Shown here piece after piece: positions 1 through 9,633 of a stretch of 64,000 bases of DNA (position 1 is its first letter; each line of letters starts with the position of its first letter). A program made the position numbers and the translations under genes. Under the pieces are notes generated by a model that saw nothing but the letters and a program-made list of their open reading frames with translations, made no database searches and was not told the origin of the DNA. The stretch is from a virus. The DNA lies in the IMG/VR virus record IMGVR_UViG_3300010160_000036, positions 1 to 64,000 of that record; one strand, written 5' to 3'.

Positions 1-2966
1 CCTAAGTTAGGGGTTGTAAAGTTTGCACTAGATTTAACAACAATGTTTCCACTAACAATAGCACTTTTTACATTATCAGTAGTTGCAGAAATAAGTGTAC
101 CGGTAATAGCAATACCATTACCTGCAGTATACGCGCCTGCTTGACTAAACTGACTGAATACTATATTATCTACACCAATTACTATTTCACCCGGTGGCGA
201 TGTTAATACATAAGATGCTCCTGCATATTGCGAACCCTGCATAATAAAGAAATATGAGCCTGCGCTCAATTGTGATTCGCTCTTAGGGGCATATGAATCA
301 CCATCACTTGCACGTGTAAGTATCCAATTAGTAGCACCGGTGCCAACTGTTGTTACAGCATAGATACCATTTTCAAATTGATTTGTTTGACCTTGTACAA
401 GAACTCTTGCCCCAACAGTCATCAAAATACTGTCAATGGTCAATGCTGCTTGTGCTCCTGCATTAGTAAGAGTTGCGCCAACTCCACCATTACCCAGTGC
501 CGCCTGTGTTAGACCAGTACCATTTGTAAGTGTTGTTACTTCAGCGCCAAAATAACCATCTTTTATAGTAATTTGATTTGGTGCTGGTACACTATATACA
601 AAATATGCCTCACCACCAATAATTCCGTTAAATGTGTTTGTAAATATAATATTATCATCAGCAACTAGTCCGTGATTTACACTGAATGTAATTGTTTTAT
701 TGCCAGCAATTGTAGTAGCAGATAATACAGTTCCGCCATTATCATATGTAGAATTTAAATTACTAATTGAAGTAACATTAGCAGCTGGGTGTATAAATAA
801 ACCCTGACTGATATTATCAACATATTCTTTTGTTGCCGCATCGTTAGGATTTACCGGTGCTCCTAATTGAGTAACTCTGTGTAGTCCAGTATCTACTGTA
901 CCGTTGCCAGTAGGAGCAAGAATAATATTGTTATCAGATCCGGCAGCACTGATTGTAATATTACCGGATGGTGCAGTAATATTTGAAGTTAATACACTAC
1001 CAAGTTCAGCTTGTCCGGTTACATTAGCGTTTGCGCTATTTAAGAAAAGATTTGCAGTAATGTTACCATTTGATAACATGTTACCTGCAGTAGTGTTAAT
1101 TTGCCCAACAACATATAGACCGGTAGAAGCAAATGTAGCGGTATTTGCACTACCACCAACTGTAATTTCTACGTTAGCATCTTGATATACTTTTACATTA
1201 CTATTACCGTTTGCCAATGATCCAATGAAGTTTGCCGCAATTACATTACCTGTAAAGTTAGCTGTATTACCGGCTAGTTCTAAGTTAACTGTTAAGTTAG
1301 GGGTGATTACATTACCACTAAAGTTAGCAGTGTTACCGCTTAACTCTAAATTGACTGTTAAATTACTAGTAGTTGTATTACTTGCTACATTGACAAAATT
1401 AGCCGTTGCTAAGTTGCCAAGATCAGCATTTAATGAAGTAATATTTCCAGTAAAATTAGCAGTGTTACCATCTAATTGAGTAGTAAAGTTTGCATTATTA
1501 GCAGTTACTAAGTTACCTAAGTTAGCATTTTGTACAGTGAGATTACCACTTGCATCCAAGTTTCCATTAACATTTGCACCAAGACCTGTTACAACAAATA
1601 CGTTAGCATTGCCATTTACTGAAGTATTGACATTGCCATTAGTATCTGGAATTGATACATTACTGGTGCCATTAGTAATACTAGTTGTACTTGCTGTAGC
1701 AGTCCAAGACAATCCACCTGAGCCGTCTGTTGTTAGTAAGTAACCATTTGTACCGCCATTAATATGAACATTACTAACGTCACCTAATTGTACGTTGGGA
1801 TTGTTTGTAGAAAAGTCTACTACACCACCATTACTTGTGAATGAGTTAGCGATTACAACGTTTGCACCAACTACATTACCACCAGTTAGTGTAATGTCGC
1901 CACCACTACCGTTTGTACTAAAGTTATTAGCGGTAGCTAAATTACCAAGATTTGCATTACCTGAAGTTAAATTACCAGTTACGTTTGCTGTATTACTTGT
2001 AATATTATTTGTAACACTAATATTATTTGCGTTAGCAATATTACCCTGAACAACTACGTCATTAGCAAAGTTTGCATAATTAGCAGTTACTAAATTACCA
2101 AGATTAGCATTTAATGTAGTAATATTGCCACTGAAATTAGCTGTATTACCTTCTAAGTTATTTGTAATACTGATGTTATTTGCATTTGCAATATTACCTT
2201 GAACGACTAAATTACCTACTATGTTAGCATTTCCACCTGCATACAAATCATTGTAGAAGTTAGCAAAGTTAGCAGTTACCAAGTTACCTAAGTTAGCAGT
2301 ACCAACATTAGGTGCTGTTAAGTTTCCGTCTACATCAAAAATCCAACGATATCCAATACCACTAGTATCTGGTTGACCATCATCAGTACCGATAACCATA
2401 GAACCGTCGGCGCGAGTACGAATATACTGAGTATCGTTACCTAAGAAAATACTAGTTGAACTTAAATTGCCACTAGTTAAATGTATGTGGTCACCTTCGC
2501 CTACACCTGTAGGATAAATCACCAACTGTTGATTAGTATTACTTCCACCTGATGGTGTTAAAGTAATTGTATTACCAAGACCTGAAGGACTTGAACCCTC
2601 TGTTATAATACCACCTAGTGGTAATACTAAATTGCCGCTAGTAGTAAAGTTCCATTGTTGGTCTGTACCGCTATTGGAATTGATGTAGACGTTACCATTC
2701 AAGTTGGGGATAGTTACATTACTATTGCCATTGTGAATTTGATTGACGTTAGCAGATGATGTCCATGACAAATTACCTGATCCATCTGTCTGTAATACTT
2801 GACCATTACTTCCACCAAAGATGTGAACGTTAGCAACATTGCCTAAATTTGCTGATCCATTAGATGTAAAATTAATAGTTGTTATATCGCCATTGGCTAA
2901 TATAATAGGAACCGGAACTTCTCCTACTGAAAATCCTGCTACTGAGTTTAACGCTTTAATTGCCAT
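1..2966 (-). CDS. Long tail/baseplate fibre-like virion protein, truncated by the left window edge (absent from the ORF track)
   Basis: ATG at 2966 (MAIKALNSVAGFSVGEVPVPIILANG...), N-terminus similar to the 3007..4626 protein. Contains GQVLQTDGSGNLSW motifs, many GN/AN-x-T/S beta-repeats, a DAATKEYVD motif and an RVLVQGQTNQFENGIY motif typical of phage fibres. AAGGA RBS and ATAAATA box upstream. Confidence 0.8.
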   Translation of the reverse strand, partial: MAIKALNSVAGFSVGEVPVPIILANGDITTINFTSNGSANLGNVANVHIFGGSNGQVLQTDGSGNLSWTSSANVNQIHNGNSNVTIPNLNGNVYINSNSGTDQQWNFTTSGNLVLPLGGIITEGSSPSGLGNTITLTPSGGSNTNQQLVIYPTGVGEGDHIHLTSGNLSSTSIFLGNDTQYIRTRADGSMVIGTDDGQPDTSGIGYRWIFDVDGNLTAPNVGTANLGNLVTANFANFYNDLYAGGNANIVGNLVVQGNIANANNISITNNLEGNTANFSGNITTLNANLGNLVTANYANFANDVVVQGNIANANNISVTNNITSNTANVTGNLTSGNANLGNLATANNFSTNGSGGDITLTGGNVVGANVVIANSFTSNGGVVDFSTNNPNVQLGDVSNVHINGGTNGYLLTTDGSGGLSWTATASTTSITNGTSNVSIPDTNGNVNTSVNGNANVFVVTGLGANVNGNLDASGNLTVQNANLGNLVTANNANFTTQLDGNTANFTGNITSLNADLGNLATANFVNVASNTTTSNLTVNLELSGNTANFSGNVITPNLTVNLELAGNTANFTGNVIAANFIGSLANGNSNVKVYQDANVEITVGGSANTATFASTGLYVVGQINTTAGNMLSNGNITANLFLNSANANVTGQAELGSVLTSNITAPSGNITISAAGSDNNIILAPTGNGTVDTGLHRVTQLGAPVNPNDAATKEYVDNISQGLFIHPAANVTSISNLNSTYDNGGTVLSATTIAGNKTITFSVNHGLVADDNIIFTNTFNGIIGGEAYFVYSVPAPNQITIKDGYFGAEVTTLTNGTGLTQAALGNGGVGATLTNAGAQAALTIDSILMTVGARVLVQGQTNQFENGIYAVTTVGTGATNWILTRASDGDSYAPKSESQLSAGSYFFIMQGSQYAGASYVLTSPPGEIVIGVDNIVFSQFSQAGAYTAGNGIAITGTLISATTDNVKSAIVSGNIVVKSSANFTTPNL

Positions 2967-2990
2967 GATTCTGATCCTTGCTTATAGTTG

Positions 2991-2997
2991 TATTTAT
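2991..2997 (-). promoter_or_regulatory. Late promoter box ATAAATA
   Basis: TATTTAT on + strand, ~25 nt upstream of the 2966 ATG; recurrent motif resembling the T4 gp55 late promoter TATAAATA. Confidence 0.65.
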
Positions 2998-3006
2998 CAT
3001 TTTTGG

Positions 3007-4626
3007 TCACTCTTGATACGATGTAACTTGTATTTTGTAAGTGGTCATGTTGCTTGTTGTTGGAAAAACATACAATGAAGCTGTTGCCGGAATTGATATA
3101 TTACCCGGCTCATATGTTATTGCAAAATTGCCAACTGGTCCATTTACTTGAATAGTGTTATATTCACTATAATGTACTGTATTTGCATAGTACACTGCTT
3201 CTAATTTACATATCTGCCTGTTGCCTGCACTAGCATCTGTTGAAATAATAGTAACATCTAATCCAGCAGTATCTGATGTTGGAAAGGTCATTAATAATGT
3301 TTCTGATGTTGTTACTGATGTAGCAAAGTATACGCTTGTTCTAGAGAACTTATATGCTCCTGAACCTATTGTTAATGAGTTTGCTACTAAATCTCCAGTA
3401 ACAGTAACTGTGTTTGTACTAGTGTTATAAGTGAAGTTTGCATCTGCTGCAAAATTTCCATTGTTATTATATTGTATTTGTGTGTTACTACCACCAATGC
3501 CACTAGATCCAGATGCCCATGACAAGTTACCCGATCCATCAGTAGACAACACATAACCATTTGATCCACCGGTTATTTTTACATTGCCTACATTTCCTAA
3601 GGTACTGATACCATTTACTGTCAATACAGTTAATGTGCCGGTACTTGTAATGTTCGGTTGATAGTTGGCAGTAACATAAGTTGCGGTAACAGATGCCGGA
3701 GCATTCTCCCAAGTTAAATTACCACTACCATTTGTAGTTAAAACTTGTCCGGAGTTTCCACCATAAACATGCACATTACTTACATTACCTAATATAACAT
3801 TTCCTGATACTGTTAAGTTAACTAATGTACCCAATGATCTGATATTTGGTTGAGCATTTGTTAATACTGTTCCAGTATATAACGACTCAAATACTTGACC
3901 AACAACATTAGAACCATTAATATTAGATAATGATGTACCTGACCCAATAAATCTAGCTGCCGTAACATTACCTGATACATTCAATGATGTTAATGTACCA
4001 ACGCTAGTGATATTTGCTTGGCCAGCAATTGTTACATTACCTGCATAATTTGCATAATTAGCTGTGTTAGAAGATGCAGATATAACACCTGATAACATGT
4101 ATCCGTTACCAGCATAGAAGTTAGCAGTAACATAATTACCTAAATTAGCGTTCCCGGCTGATATATTTCCAGTAGCTGTTATTTTTGTTACATTTAAGTT
4201 ACCACCTGATATGTTACCTGAGGCAACAACATTAGTAGCTGATACATTACCTGAGGCAACAACATTAGTTGATACTATGTTACCAGATATACTTAATTGA
4301 TTAGTTACATTGTTATAAGTGAAACCGGGATCGCCACCAAAGTTACCATCATTATTAAACTGTACTTCACTGTTGCTACCTCCAGGTACTCCGTTGCCAC
4401 CTCCACCATTGCCAGCCGGTGCCCATGTTAATCCACCTTCACCATTGGTTTGAAGATAGTATCCGTCTACCCCGCCCAATATAATAACATTGTTTATAGA
4501 GCCTAAATTTGATATCCCGGATACTTGCAGTCCAGGAAGAGTAGCTATACCGTTTGCATTGATAACTGGTGTTGGCGGAATACCTACTGAGTATCCACCT
4601 ACCGAGTTAAAAGCTTCAAATGCCAT
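3007..4626 (-). CDS. Fibre-like virion protein, 539 aa
   Basis: Repeated G(Q/Y)VL(T/S)T(N/D)GSGNL(T/S)W and GGSN(S/T)xVQFNNxGNF motifs, QPNITSxGTL repeats; paralogous N-terminus to 1..2966. Confidence 0.75.
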   Translation of the reverse strand: MAFEAFNSVGGYSVGIPPTPVINANGIATLPGLQVSGISNLGSINNVIILGGVDGYYLQTNGEGGLTWAPAGNGGGGNGVPGGSNSEVQFNNDGNFGGDPGFTYNNVTNQLSISGNIVSTNVVASGNVSATNVVASGNISGGNLNVTKITATGNISAGNANLGNYVTANFYAGNGYMLSGVISASSNTANYANYAGNVTIAGQANITSVGTLTSLNVSGNVTAARFIGSGTSLSNINGSNVVGQVFESLYTGTVLTNAQPNIRSLGTLVNLTVSGNVILGNVSNVHVYGGNSGQVLTTNGSGNLTWENAPASVTATYVTANYQPNITSTGTLTVLTVNGISTLGNVGNVKITGGSNGYVLSTDGSGNLSWASGSSGIGGSNTQIQYNNNGNFAADANFTYNTSTNTVTVTGDLVANSLTIGSGAYKFSRTSVYFATSVTTSETLLMTFPTSDTAGLDVTIISTDASAGNRQICKLEAVYYANTVHYSEYNTIQVNGPVGNFAITYEPGNISIPATASLYVFPTTSNMTTYKIQVTSYQE

Positions 4627-4650
4627 AGAAAATCCATTATACTTATAGTA

Positions 4651-4657
4651 TATTTAT
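4651..4657 (-). promoter_or_regulatory. Late promoter box ATAAATA
   Basis: TATTTAT on +, ~25 nt upstream of the 4626 ATG. Confidence 0.65.
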
Positions 4658-4706
4658 GATTTTTTACGTATTAGTACCATAGAAAAAAGCACTCTGGATA
4701 TCTTTA

Positions 4707-4713
4707 ATAAATA
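4707..4713 (+). promoter_or_regulatory. Late promoter box ATAAATA (probably leaderless transcript)
   Basis: ATAAATA-GTTAT-ATG(4719); no Shine-Dalgarno. Confidence 0.6.
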
Positions 4714-4718
4714 GTTAT

Positions 4719-5084
4719 ATGCTAACTAGACAAAGTACAAGACCATTATGCGAAAATTGTAAAGTATCATTGGCAAAACCCAATGGTGTGAGTAAGCACG
4801 GTTTTAAACAATGGCACAAATACTGTGCAAGCTGTGCTAAGGCAGCATACAATAATAAATTTGGCTACTTGCTATACAAGAAAAACAAATGTGAGAAATG
4901 TAGTTTTGTACCAGAAGACAAATGCCAACTTGATGTAGTATACAAAGATGGTAATCAAAAGAACAAAGATAAAAGTAACTTAAAGACTCTTTGCGCTAAT
5001 TGCAACAGAATATATTCAAAAAAAATGAGAGAAAAGAAAAAATCTATACTAGATATTACAGTTGATACTGACTTTACACTTTAA
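4719..5084 (+). CDS. Zinc-binding HNH-like protein with degenerate active site
   Basis: Four CxxC pairs (CENC, CASC, CEKC, CANC); QLDVVYKDGN...NLKTLCANCNR matches the HNH pattern LDVDHIDGN...NLxTLCANCH with both His replaced. Confidence 0.65.
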   Translation: MLTRQSTRPLCENCKVSLAKPNGVSKHGFKQWHKYCASCAKAAYNNKFGYLLYKKNKCEKCSFVPEDKCQLDVVYKDGNQKNKDKSNLKTLCANCNRIYSKKMREKKKSILDITVDTDFTL

Positions 5085-5464
5085 TAACTTTTTTCTTCAA
5101 TAATATCACTACCAACTATTAGATTAATATCACGTTTAATCTTAGCACGTAAATCATTTTTTAAATAAACTTGTCTAGCAAGTTGAACAAATTCTTCAGT
5201 GAAGTTTTGTTCTTTTTCATGTTTACGTTTTGAATCTTCTATGTCCCATAATTGATTGTTAACATGATATAATTGATGAAACAATGGAGCAGTAAATGCT
5301 AATTGTGTTTCATTTAATGTGTTTGAATGTATCTCAATTAGTTGATATAATTCTTTAAGAATATTTTTCAGTTTAACACTATCTTGAATACGTTCTTGTT
5401 TAATTTGTAGTATGGTAATTTTGTCAATCAGTTCACCTACTGAGATTGGGGCTAAGACGATCAT
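5081..5464 (-). CDS. DUF6165-like protein
   Basis: APISVGELIDKITILQIK...VNxxLWDIEDxxR...ARxVYxxNDxRAxIKxxIN...SxIxEEKSY pattern recalled as the DUF6165 family. Confidence 0.7.
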   Translation of the reverse strand: MIVLAPISVGELIDKITILQIKQERIQDSVKLKNILKELYQLIEIHSNTLNETQLAFTAPLFHQLYHVNNQLWDIEDSKRKHEKEQNFTEEFVQLARQVYLKNDLRAKIKRDINLIVGSDIIEEKSY

Positions 5465-5496
5465 ACATTTATATAGTCTACAAAATTATACCCAAC

Positions 5497-5518
5497 AAAA
5501 AAGCACTACGAATAGTGC
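5497..5518 (-). terminator. Intrinsic terminator
   Basis: Minus strand GCACUA-UUCG-UAGUGC followed by UUUUUU. Confidence 0.75.
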
Positions 5519-5547
5519 CTTAGTGTTTCTTCCCATCCCGTTGAGAT
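5497..5547 (-). ncRNA. Candidate ~50-nt late small RNA
   Basis: Late box ATAAATA at 5552-5558 (minus) followed ~35 nt later by a terminator stem, downstream of the capsid terminator. Confidence 0.35.
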
Positions 5548-5551
5548 ATTG

Positions 5552-5558
5552 TATTTAT
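5552..5558 (-). promoter_or_regulatory. Late promoter box ATAAATA
   Basis: TATTTAT on +, between two terminators. Confidence 0.5.
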
Positions 5559-5604
5559 GCTATCTTACGCTTTTTGCCACCAAGTTGCCAACCATCCCTT
5601 AAAC

Positions 5605-5630
5605 AAAAAAGGGCACTTTCGTGCCCCTTT
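5605..5630 (-). terminator. Intrinsic terminator of the capsid operon
   Basis: Minus strand GGGCAC-GAAA-GUGCCC followed by UUUUUU, ~45 nt after the MCP stop. Confidence 0.85.
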
Positions 5631-5671
5631 GTGTTGATAATATCTGTAAAGATATTAAAATGTAGTGAATT

Positions 5672-6868
5672 TCACTGGAAGGTGAGATTTTGTACGGCAA
5701 TTTCACCAACATAATCAGCCGCATTACCGAAAGATGATGCAGTGTTAGTCAATTCGATATAACCATAACGTGTCATAAATGACACGACTGGTTCGAATGT
5801 TGATGGATCTAGAACAACTCCACTGCTCATCAATGGGATGTATGGGCAATAGAATGCCGCTGCATCTGTTTCGCTTGAACCTTTGTAACCAACCAATACT
5901 GGTGTAGTGTCTGGAGCATAAGAATCAACGAAAACACGCATTGCGCCGTTTAGTGTACCAACAAACTTAGTGTTTGTAGGAGCTTCGAAAGTACCTTCTG
6001 TTGTACGTGCAAATGCACTAGTAGTTGCAGATTGCAATACTGTCAATGCAGCAGATGATACAACAGCCCAATTACCGGCACCGCGACGTGTGCGTTGTGC
6101 TATCAAGTTAGCAACACGGTTGATAAGAACAGCTAGAGCAGCGTGTTCGTCACCAACGTAAGTAGCTGTACCAGATACAGTAGCTTGGTTATATGTATAC
6201 TCTGTTGTTGCTAGAGTACGTAGACTTAACAAGATTTCTTGGTCGATCTCAGCAGTAATTTCTTGTGCTAGAGCAGCCATGATTTCTGCTTCAACGTCAA
6301 TACCATGTTGGCTTTGAGCGTCTTGAGCCGCTTCAAATGTCCAACGTGCTTGCAATTTACGTGACTTAGCTTCAACAGCTTGACGTAAGATTTGTACGCT
6401 GATTTGTTTACCGCCGTTACCTTCAAGAGCCGCTGTATTGTTACCGGTATAACCAGTAGCAGTAGCATCAGCTTGAGGAGTACGTGAATATGCTTGAGCG
6501 ATAGTGAATGGGCTCAATGCTTCTTGACCAGCAGTAACGCTAGTTTGAGCAGCACTGTTGTCCACTAGGCTTTGTGCATAGCGTACACGTAGTGTATGAA
6601 TTTGACCTACTGGGCCAGTCATTGGCTGAACGCCAACCAACTCGTTAGCGATAACTGTTGGCATAACACGACGGATAACTGGAAGAATCACACGGTTTAA
6701 TGTAGCGATGTTACCAGCTGTAGTTGTTCCTGCTGTAGATTCAGCAAGTAGTTGTTTCTTAGTATTTTCTAAGATAACACCCATAGTTGAGCGGCGAGTG
6801 CCTTTTAGACCTTCTAACAGGGCATCCTTGGTCTCGTCCCAACGGCTTTCTAATAGAACTTTTGACAT
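5672..6868 (-). CDS. gp23: Major capsid protein (T4 gp23 family)
   Basis: LVGVQPMTGPVGQIHTLR, VEAKSRKLQARWTFEAAQD, AFYCPYIPL, FEPVVSFMTRYG motifs; GGAG RBS; last gene of a T4-ordered head module. Confidence 0.95.
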   Translation of the reverse strand: MSKVLLESRWDETKDALLEGLKGTRRSTMGVILENTKKQLLAESTAGTTTAGNIATLNRVILPVIRRVMPTVIANELVGVQPMTGPVGQIHTLRVRYAQSLVDNSAAQTSVTAGQEALSPFTIAQAYSRTPQADATATGYTGNNTAALEGNGGKQISVQILRQAVEAKSRKLQARWTFEAAQDAQSQHGIDVEAEIMAALAQEITAEIDQEILLSLRTLATTEYTYNQATVSGTATYVGDEHAALAVLINRVANLIAQRTRRGAGNWAVVSSAALTVLQSATTSAFARTTEGTFEAPTNTKFVGTLNGAMRVFVDSYAPDTTPVLVGYKGSSETDAAAFYCPYIPLMSSGVVLDPSTFEPVVSFMTRYGYIELTNTASSFGNAADYVGEIAVQNLTFQ

Positions 6869-6898
6869 TATTATTTCTCCTAAACTTATGTCTTTGAT

Positions 6899-7996
6899 TT
6901 AAAGCCCTGCCAGACGTTTGATATCGATAACGTTATCACGTTGTTCCATATCAATTTCTTGCTTGGCAGCTTGTTTATCCCCGGTTACTTCCTTACTTTC
7001 GCTGATTAAAGACTTTGCAGCCTTTTTTTCTGCGCCAGTATTAAGTACTGCTGGTAGATACTTATCGAATGCGGCTTTCAACTTAGTTGTCTGCACACTT
7101 TCTAGTAAGTTTTGCATTGTCGTTGCTTTTTCTTCATTAAGATTTCCAAGCAATAGAGCCATAGTTTTCTCACGAATGTTAGACTCTTTGATAATGCGAA
7201 CTTCACGTTCTTTTGACTCTACTAATTTCTTAGCGTTGTCGATTTGTTTTTGTGATTCAGCTAATTGTTGTTCTTTACTAGCTAATGCGGACATTAGCTT
7301 ACGTGTTTCTTGTTTCTCACTTAGGTGAGTAACACTGAATTCACTTGCAAAACTTTCAAAGATACGGCGACCAAAGTTATTTTCTTTAGCAACTTTAATA
7401 TCTTCTTTCAATTGGCTCATTTCACCCTTTAACTGTCCAGCTACAGCAACACTCAATTTCTTAGCAGATTCAGACACGAAACGTGCTTTCAATCTTTCTA
7501 ATTGCTTGCGACCTTCTGCAACTAACTTAACCTTAGCTTCAACAACTGCTTGTTTGTCTTGTGCGAATTCTTTAATTTCACGTGCTAGAGCATGAACAAT
7601 AAATTGTTCTAGCTTTTGCTGACTTTCTTTAGCAATAATACGATCACTACGCAATTCTTTAATTTCTTCGGCTAGTTTAGTAACCATAAAGTTATTGAAT
7701 TTTGTTGCGTTTTCACGTAGTTTTAGTTGACCCTGTACGCGGTCTTCGTTCATTGCAGCCTTTTCAGCACGAAATTCTTCAATTTCATCTGATAAGCTGT
7801 CTGTAACCATTTTGTCAAGGGCTTCAACCATCACGATTCTGTCATGTTCATAACGTTGTGCAAACTCCTCATGAAGTTCTGCACGAACTTGTTGGCGAGC
7901 TTCGTTTAATTTTGATTCCCATGCTTCATTTAACTGAGCACCAACTTCATCATTAATAAGTCCACTTTCAAGTAATGGCTTGATAGCATCAAACAT
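6899..7996 (-). CDS. Prohead core/scaffolding protein (gp22 position)
   Basis: Charged coiled-coil protein with GRRIFESF motif and C-terminal IKRLAGL; lies between protease and MCP. Confidence 0.75.
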   Translation of the reverse strand: MFDAIKPLLESGLINDEVGAQLNEAWESKLNEARQQVRAELHEEFAQRYEHDRIVMVEALDKMVTDSLSDEIEEFRAEKAAMNEDRVQGQLKLRENATKFNNFMVTKLAEEIKELRSDRIIAKESQQKLEQFIVHALAREIKEFAQDKQAVVEAKVKLVAEGRKQLERLKARFVSESAKKLSVAVAGQLKGEMSQLKEDIKVAKENNFGRRIFESFASEFSVTHLSEKQETRKLMSALASKEQQLAESQKQIDNAKKLVESKEREVRIIKESNIREKTMALLLGNLNEEKATTMQNLLESVQTTKLKAAFDKYLPAVLNTGAEKKAAKSLISESKEVTGDKQAAKQEIDMEQRDNVIDIKRLAGL

Positions 7997-8008
7997 GCTG
8001 TTTCCCCT

Positions 8009-8644
8009 TTATTTGATTTTGAGATCCTTGATGAGGCGCATTACTTCCTCTTTCAAGTATTTCTCTACTTTTTTGTTACCCTGTGCGTCTTTTGCAATAT
8101 CCAACAATGTATGACCATGACGCATATTCATCATGCCTTCATATATTGCTTTAGGATACGCATTTGGTGCGCTTGGTTGGGCGACAATATCCACAGTGAC
8201 AATTTCAAAGTCACTAACTTTGCCATCATAGTCATTCACGTTTCCGCTACCACGACTAGATACGCCTAGTTTCACACCACTCTCCAACATAGTCTTAACT
8301 AAGTCTCCCATTGGAGTTGGTAAAATCTTTAACTTACCGAAACCGTTAGCACCGTCCATCCACATGCTTGTAATCATATGTGACACACGGTCTAAGTTAA
8401 TTTTTAAGTCATCTGGGTGATCTACTTCACCAAGAACTGAATAGCCACTTGTGATTTGTTCATTTAGAGTACCAACGGCAGTTTCAATTTCAGACACGGG
8501 GTAAACACGCTCGTTTGCGTTTTTAACCCCGCCCTGAATAAAGATACCTTTCATATAAAGGTTCTTCTTGTCGCCTTCACTGACTGATTCAACAACCATA
8601 CCGGCTCGGTCAAATGTCAGATGCTCTTTAAGATACAAAGCCAT
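8009..8644 (-). CDS. gp21: Prohead core protease (T4 gp21 family)
   Basis: GIFIQGGVKNANERVYP, LGEVDHP, GVSSRGSG, DIVAQPSAPNA motifs; start moved to ATG 8644 with AAGGA upstream. Confidence 0.92.
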   Translation of the reverse strand: MALYLKEHLTFDRAGMVVESVSEGDKKNLYMKGIFIQGGVKNANERVYPVSEIETAVGTLNEQITSGYSVLGEVDHPDDLKINLDRVSHMITSMWMDGANGFGKLKILPTPMGDLVKTMLESGVKLGVSSRGSGNVNDYDGKVSDFEIVTVDIVAQPSAPNAYPKAIYEGMMNMRHGHTLLDIAKDAQGNKKVEKYLKEEVMRLIKDLKIK

Positions 8645-8658
8645 TGCTCTCAAATTCC

Positions 8659-9522
8659 TTATACTCTACGCTTAGTAGAATTACGTGACTCAGCTACAGG
8701 GCTCTTTGTGTTTACACCACTAGCTTGTGTCTTAGTTGGGGCCGGTGCCTTTTCTAAGCTTTGTTTAGCTTGTGCAGGTGCATTCTTAAATGATCCAGCG
8801 CCTTTTACTTGTGTTTCGCCCTTAGTACCATAGTTAGTAGGAGCTTTTGGACTTGTTGGAACTGACTCAGCCGCACCAGAGAATTTAACTGGACGACTGT
8901 CCATACCAGCTTGTCCGCTGTTTGCTAAACTTGTGCTCTTTGTTTGAACTCCGTTGTCGCCACCAATCTTAGAACCATATAGTCCTGGAACGTTTTTCAA
9001 TGTAATAGCTTCCATTACTGATTCATCAGTGTCATCTTCGTCCATATCATCTTCCATCATGTCTTCGTCACCCATATTATCTGCATCATGGTCACTTGGT
9101 CCGCCCATGTTATCTGCATCTGGTTCTTCATGATCTCCGCCCATAATTTCTTCAAACTCAGCCATCAACTGATCTAGTTTGTCTTCTAAATCAACAACGC
9201 GGTCTTCTAGGCCTTCTTCTCCGCCTTCTTCATCATCCATGTCTAGATCGATTACTTCGTCATCACCGTCATCACCAAATTCTAAATCATCTTCTTCTTC
9301 TTCAGTCATGCCTTGTTCTTCAGCACCAATCTCGTCAAGTAGATCACCTACTTGACCGCCCATGCCGCCTTCCATTTGGCCGCCCATGCCGTCTTCGTCC
9401 ATCATTGATTCATAAATCTCGCGGCTTTTTTCAACTACGATATCATGAAATAATGCTTTAGCTTGTTCTTCATTCTCATTGATAATCAAATCAATAAGTT
9501 GTTCAAATTTTTTGTTGTCCAT
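8659..9522 (-). CDS. Highly acidic prohead core/internal protein (gp68 position)
   Basis: Asp/Glu/Met/Gly-rich, LEDRVVDLEDKLDQL coiled coil, DADNMG duplication; between portal and protease; AGGAG RBS. Confidence 0.6.
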   Translation of the reverse strand: MDNKKFEQLIDLIINENEEQAKALFHDIVVEKSREIYESMMDEDGMGGQMEGGMGGQVGDLLDEIGAEEQGMTEEEEDDLEFGDDGDDEVIDLDMDDEEGGEEGLEDRVVDLEDKLDQLMAEFEEIMGGDHEEPDADNMGGPSDHDADNMGDEDMMEDDMDEDDTDESVMEAITLKNVPGLYGSKIGGDNGVQTKSTSLANSGQAGMDSRPVKFSGAAESVPTSPKAPTNYGTKGETQVKGAGSFKNAPAQAKQSLEKAPAPTKTQASGVNTKSPVAESRNSTKRRV

Positions 9523-9556
9523 TGAATTTTCTCCTAGTAATGGCTTTGTGTAAAGT

Positions 9557-9563
9557 TATTTAG
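9557..9563 (-). promoter_or_regulatory. Late promoter box CTAAATA for the core-protease-scaffold-capsid operon
   Basis: TATTTAG on +, immediately downstream of a terminator and upstream of the 9522 ATG. Confidence 0.65.
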
Positions 9564-9571
9564 TGGGTATC

Positions 9572-9603
9572 AAAAAAAACAGCACATTAAGTGCTGATTT
9601 TTT
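9572..9603. terminator. Bidirectional intrinsic terminator
   Basis: A8 - CAGCAC-ATTAA-GTGCTG - A - T6. Confidence 0.7.
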
Positions 9604-9633
9604 ACGTTTTTGCCTAAGATAACTAGAATTTAT

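Noticed and set aside
904-3078. Short plus-strand ORFs (904, 1225, 1537, 1795, 2839)
   Set aside because: Antisense shadows of the long minus-strand fibre genes; no RBS, and repetitive sequence mirrors the real frame.
4214-4269. 33-bp-period duplication (TNVVASGN) in the fibre gene
   Set aside because: Ordinary in-frame fibre repeat expansion.
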